A stretch of DNA of 38,799 nucleotides. It comes from Chloroflexi bacterium HGW-Chloroflexi-1. GTDB taxonomy: Bacteria > Chloroflexota > Anaerolineae > CG2-30-64-16. A program made the position numbers and the translations under genes. Shown here piece after piece: positions 38,762 through 38,799 of the stretch (position 1 is the first letter of the stretch; each line of letters starts with the position of its first letter). Below the pieces are notes generated by a model, which was given only the letters and a program-made list of their open reading frames with translations, did not search any database and was not told where the DNA came from. The stretch lies in NCBI GenBank assembly GCA_002842085.1, contig PHCA01000014.1:1-38799 (forward strand), written 5' to 3'.

Positions 38762-38770
38762 CTGAAAACT

Positions 38771-38799
38771 GCTGACTCGCTGACTCGCTGACTCGCTGA
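38771..38799. repeat. 8-bp tandem repeat running off the window edge
   Basis: GCTGACTC three times plus GCTGA. Confidence 0.8.

Overview
GC-rich bacterial window; the gene and repeat style suggests Chloroflexota (inference only). Bases 1-17033 (minus strand, running off the left edge) hold an atypical type VII/WXG100 secretion locus. It has three WXG100-domain genes (one split by a 79-bp MITE), two EspG-like paralogues, a candidate glycine-zipper toxin/immunity pair, two orphan lipoproteins, a YukD/EsaB-like ubiquitin-FHA fusion and a membrane pseudokinase. Its centrepiece is a 2964-aa EccC/EssC-like ATPase with seven P-loop domains arranged (D1-D2)x3-D3 instead of the usual three. Next come an ABC-2/HlyD exporter operon (17.8-22.2 kb) and an integron-like array (22.4-24.2 kb): two toxin-antitoxin cassettes with attC-like sites downstream of a co-oriented, decayed tyrosine recombinase. 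The rest is HigBA and IS remnants, an Opp transporter plus Ntn asparaginase operon, and part of a branched-chain amino acid operon (cimA, an intercalated AAA/PD-(D/E)XK gene, leuB with a frameshifting deletion, ilvD). Several MITE and palindromic repeat families are scattered through the window, some inserted in-frame in housekeeping genes. All calls come from reading motifs by eye; no searches were run.
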